A DNA stretch of 64,000 nt, taken from contig JBEPZY010000002.1 in assembly GCA_041640595.1 (NCBI GenBank), forward strand, positions 276,551 through 340,550, given 5' to 3'. The notes under the pieces are model-generated. The model was not told the DNA's origin, searched no databases, and worked only from the letters and a program-made list of their open reading frames with translations. Shown here one piece after another: positions 60,957 to 64,000 of the stretch. The stretch's first letter is position 1. The number at the start of each line of letters is the position of its first letter. Position numbers and translations under genes: made by a program. Source of the stretch: Gemmatales bacterium. Its GTDB lineage: Bacteria; Planctomycetota; Planctomycetia; Gemmatales; HRBIN36.

Positions 60957-61857
60957 TCAGGGCCAGTTGCCCAGCCAGCGCAGGATAGCGGCCGCGAAAT
61001 AGGTCGCCTGCGGCGTAGCCGATTCTCCTGGCCGCAGAGCGTAGCCACCATTTTCGCTGCGGCAGGAGGCAACAAACCTGGCGACCGAATCAAGATTTGG
61101 CTTGCGTTTGAGCATATACAACGCTCGCATGACCCGATAGGTGGTTTCCAGGTCGGAGGGCTGGTCTGCCCGACCCCAGCCACCGTCCTGGCGTTGACCA
61201 GCAAGGATCGCCCGCGCCACCGTATCAGCATTGTCCAGGGGCAGGCCGAGCCGTAACAGACACGCTGCCACGCTCCCGCTGTCGCGAGCCACTTCCTGAC
61301 CTTTACCGAAAGTGCCCTCGGCGTTGCGCAGGCTCAAAATTTCCTGCCGCCAGCGCTCCAGGGTTTTTTTCGCGTGGGCGAACCTGCATCGCTTCGAATG
61401 CCGCCGCGGCGATGCGGATGTCTTCAAAGTTCCGGGCCTGGCTTTCGAGATACTCAAGGGCACGATTCAGGCGAGTTTTGTCGGCATCGCCCAGTTCCAC
61501 CAGTGCCAGCACTGCCAGGGCCGTGGTGCGCACCTGCGAAACTTCGCCCGGTCGGGCAGCGAATCCGCCATCGGCATTCTGGCAACTGAGCAGATACTTG
61601 CGGCACGATTCCGTATTGGGCACCTTGCCGCCAAAATAGACGATCGCCCGCACCACTGCGGAAGTCGTCGGCAGATCGCTTTTGCCCGACGGAGCACTGC
61701 TGGCGAAACTGCCATCCGGTTGCTGCAGCGAGTACAGATACGCCAGCGTCTGCCGTTTTTGTGCTTCGGTCGGCAGTTGCCCCGGCAAGGCCGAGAGCGA
61801 CACCAGAGCCAGGCACAGTGCCGCCATGCTCATCCAGCAAGGCCGTCCAGTCATCAC
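60957..61857 (-). pseudogene. Prenyltransferase/squalene-oxidase-repeat protein split by a 1-nt frameshift (or a sequencing error)
   Basis: QQPDGSF and QNADGGF lie in one frame; RNAEGTF, QRQDGGW and SENGGY lie in another. The frames switch at a 7-nt A run (T run 61364-61370); with 6 A's a single 299-aa ORF results. Confidence 0.8.
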
Positions 61858-62038
61858 CGTTGTGCTCCTTTGGCTGGGGCAGCGGTTTTATCCGCCGTAA
61901 GTAGCTGCCGATAATCGAATGGACATGGTGATGCGATTTTCCATCGCGTCGGGCCTGAATCGAGCGGACGCTCGCTATTACCACGTGGTACCGGCTCGGA
62001 AAAAAGGCAGACCCGCTCAGAAAGGGCAACCGCCACTA

Positions 62039-63409
62039 TCAGCGAGCCAGTGTGTCCAGAGCCAGTTGCACCAGAGCGTTAGTATCGGTTTCGCTGGGCG
62101 ATTCGGCAATGATGCGGACGATCGGTTCCGTGTTGCTCGGTCGCACATGCAGCCATCGGTCTGCCCAGCGGAAATAGAGACCGTCGCGAGTATCCACGCT
62201 TTCCGCCACGATGCCCGCCAGTAACTGGCGACGTGCTTGTGGCCAGTCGCGTCCGTCCAGACGGAGCTTTTCTTTACGCATCACCAGAGGCGGAAACGCC
62301 GAAACCACCGCGGAAAGAGGTCGGCCAAGCTCGCTCAGCAATTGCAATATCAGAGCCATGCCGATGAACGGATCGCGGACCCAGCCTATCCGCGGGTCTA
62401 TGATGCCGCCATTTCCTTCGCCTCCGAGTATCGCCCGGTGGGTTCGCATCCCCGCGACGACATGGGCTTCGCCGACCGGTGTGCGGTAACACGGACAATC
62501 GTAGCGCTGGCAAACTATTTCCAGCACCCGCGACGTGGACAAATTGGTAACCACGGGGCCATGCTCATATCGTAACCGCGCTTCAACAGCCAGGGCCAGC
62601 GAATACTCTTCCGACAGGCATCGTCCCTGTTCATCGAGCAGCACGAGCCGATCAGCGTCGGCATCGAGAGCGATACCGAGATCGCAGCCGTGCCGCGCTA
62701 CCTCCACGGCGACCTGTTCCAGGCTGTGCGGATTCGGTTCCGGAGCGTGGTGGAAAAATCCATCCGCTTCGCAATGAATAGCCACCACCTGACAACCGAG
62801 GGCTTCGAGAAGTTGCCGGGCTAATGGCCCACCCGCTCCGCCATTGCCATCCACCAGCACACGAAAACCACGCCGACGAATCTTCTCCACCGGCACACAC
62901 GCCAGCACCGCGTCCAAGTGCTCTTGCAACGCCTGCTCGCCGCATTTTTGCACCGCTGGGCTGTCTGCCACCACTGGCTCCGGCGAAACCGTCTCGGTAC
63001 AAGGCGACCCTTCTGCCACACAGACGCGGAACTGCTCGAGCAGCGGTGCCGCCTCTTCAGGAGGCAAAACCCGACCCTCAGCGTTGAAAAACTTCAGACC
63101 ATTCCACTCGGGCGGATTGTGACTGGCGGTGATCTGCAAGCCGGCAGATGCCCGCCATTGGCGAACGGCTCGACCAAGCGTCGGCGTCGGCACGATGTCC
63201 ACCCGATACACCTGGTGACGCTGTTGCAGCAACTTCTGGATGGCCGCCTGCTGAAACTCGCCACCGCTGGGCCGGCTATCCCGTCCCACCACGACCGATC
63301 CGCTGAAGGTTCTCCCCCACACCTCCACCAGCCGACGCACCGTCTCCGCCGTCAGGCCGGTCCCGACGATGCCGCGTATTCCCGATATTCCCAGAATCAA
63401 CTCGCCCAT
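62039..63409 (-). CDS. Phosphohexomutase (phosphoglucosamine/phosphomannomutase family)
   Basis: SGIRG, GRDSR, ITASHNP (phospho-Ser), DADADR, GGEGNGG and VRPSNTEP motifs. Confidence 0.93.
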   Translation of the reverse strand: MGELILGISGIRGIVGTGLTAETVRRLVEVWGRTFSGSVVVGRDSRPSGGEFQQAAIQKLLQQRHQVYRVDIVPTPTLGRAVRQWRASAGLQITASHNPPEWNGLKFFNAEGRVLPPEEAAPLLEQFRVCVAEGSPCTETVSPEPVVADSPAVQKCGEQALQEHLDAVLACVPVEKIRRRGFRVLVDGNGGAGGPLARQLLEALGCQVVAIHCEADGFFHHAPEPNPHSLEQVAVEVARHGCDLGIALDADADRLVLLDEQGRCLSEEYSLALAVEARLRYEHGPVVTNLSTSRVLEIVCQRYDCPCYRTPVGEAHVVAGMRTHRAILGGEGNGGIIDPRIGWVRDPFIGMALILQLLSELGRPLSAVVSAFPPLVMRKEKLRLDGRDWPQARRQLLAGIVAESVDTRDGLYFRWADRWLHVRPSNTEPIVRIIAESPSETDTNALVQLALDTLAR

Positions 63410-63748
63410 GGCTATGCCTCCTTGCGGTCATGGCAGGCCCAACCGCTCAGCTGATGCTTTCCGTGCCGACCCATGCTGCTGATTTCGCTGAAGCACGCTT
63501 CGACGGCTGCTGCTTCGCTTCGGCGGCTGCTCTCCGCAACCGCTTGTATAGGCCTCGCACCAGCACCTGTGCCGTAATTGTACACGCGGATGTGCTCGCC
63601 TACGCTGGCAACCTCATCAGCCCGCAGCAGCAATTGTGTCGTTATTCCACTCGCTCCCCCGCCAGCATGTATGACCGATCCTGGGCACCGACCGCCAGCG
63701 CGACCACGAACGATTTTCCTTCAACCGCCAGTGCCGCCAGCTCCAGTA

Positions 63749-64000
63749 GCGACCTGCGTAAGCCGACCGTAGGCAGTCCGCATGTGGGCTATCGACGCCG
63801 GGGGAGTGCAACCAGCCCCGGAGCGACCTGCGTAAGCCGACCGTGTGAAACAAAACAAGCAGCGCATGTGGGCCGCCTGCGCGGGCAAACCGTCTCCGCC
63901 ACAAAAGAGCAGTCGGCGTAAACCGACCCCGGTGTGCACAGCGCACCCAGTTCAGCGCTATCCAGGCTGACCCAAAAATCTTCGTAAACCGACCGTGGTG
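63749..64000. repeat. Degenerate REP-related copies, possibly the edge of another array
   Basis: GCGACCTGCGTAAGCCGACCGT at ~63749 and ~63823; CGTAAACCGACC at ~63917 and ~63983. These resemble GCGGCTGGCGTAAGCCAGCCGTGG. Confidence 0.5.

Noticed and set aside
63430..63946. ORFs at the right edge of the window
   Set aside because: No recognisable motifs; the region holds degenerate REP-like repeats and looks intergenic.

Overview
GC-rich bacterial chromosomal window, most consistent with a Planctomycetota (Gemmatales-like) genome. This is inferred from the protein repertoire: zinc-ribbon membrane proteins, an LEDRTAP-type secreted ELWxxDGT protein, DUF1080, a large WD40 protein and BamA. It carries housekeeping genes (ispG, bamA, prpB/prpC, gatA/gatC, rpmB, trpB, a phosphohexomutase), a type II restriction-modification pair and three Tad/secretin-associated genes. 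Nine intergenic arrays of a ~29-bp REP-like hairpin (about 100 copies by manual count, about 10 kb in total) follow a strict orientation and linker grammar. Best leads: (1) a graspetide (omega-ester RiPP) locus, with an ATP-grasp ligase facing a 164-aa precursor that has four plesiocin-type TTxxxxEE cores and an embedded twin-arginine signal peptide, and no transporter or leader peptidase nearby; (2) a DsbD-like gene whose apparent TGA stop sits at the catalytic CxxC position (UTNC) and is followed by a SECIS-like hairpin, so it is probably a selenoprotein; (3) the BIME-like REP arrays and the short local duplications beside them; (4) a surface-protein gene with a low-GC swapped-looking middle. 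No tRNA, rRNA, cas genes or transposase were recognised. All calls come from reading the sequence; no database search was run.
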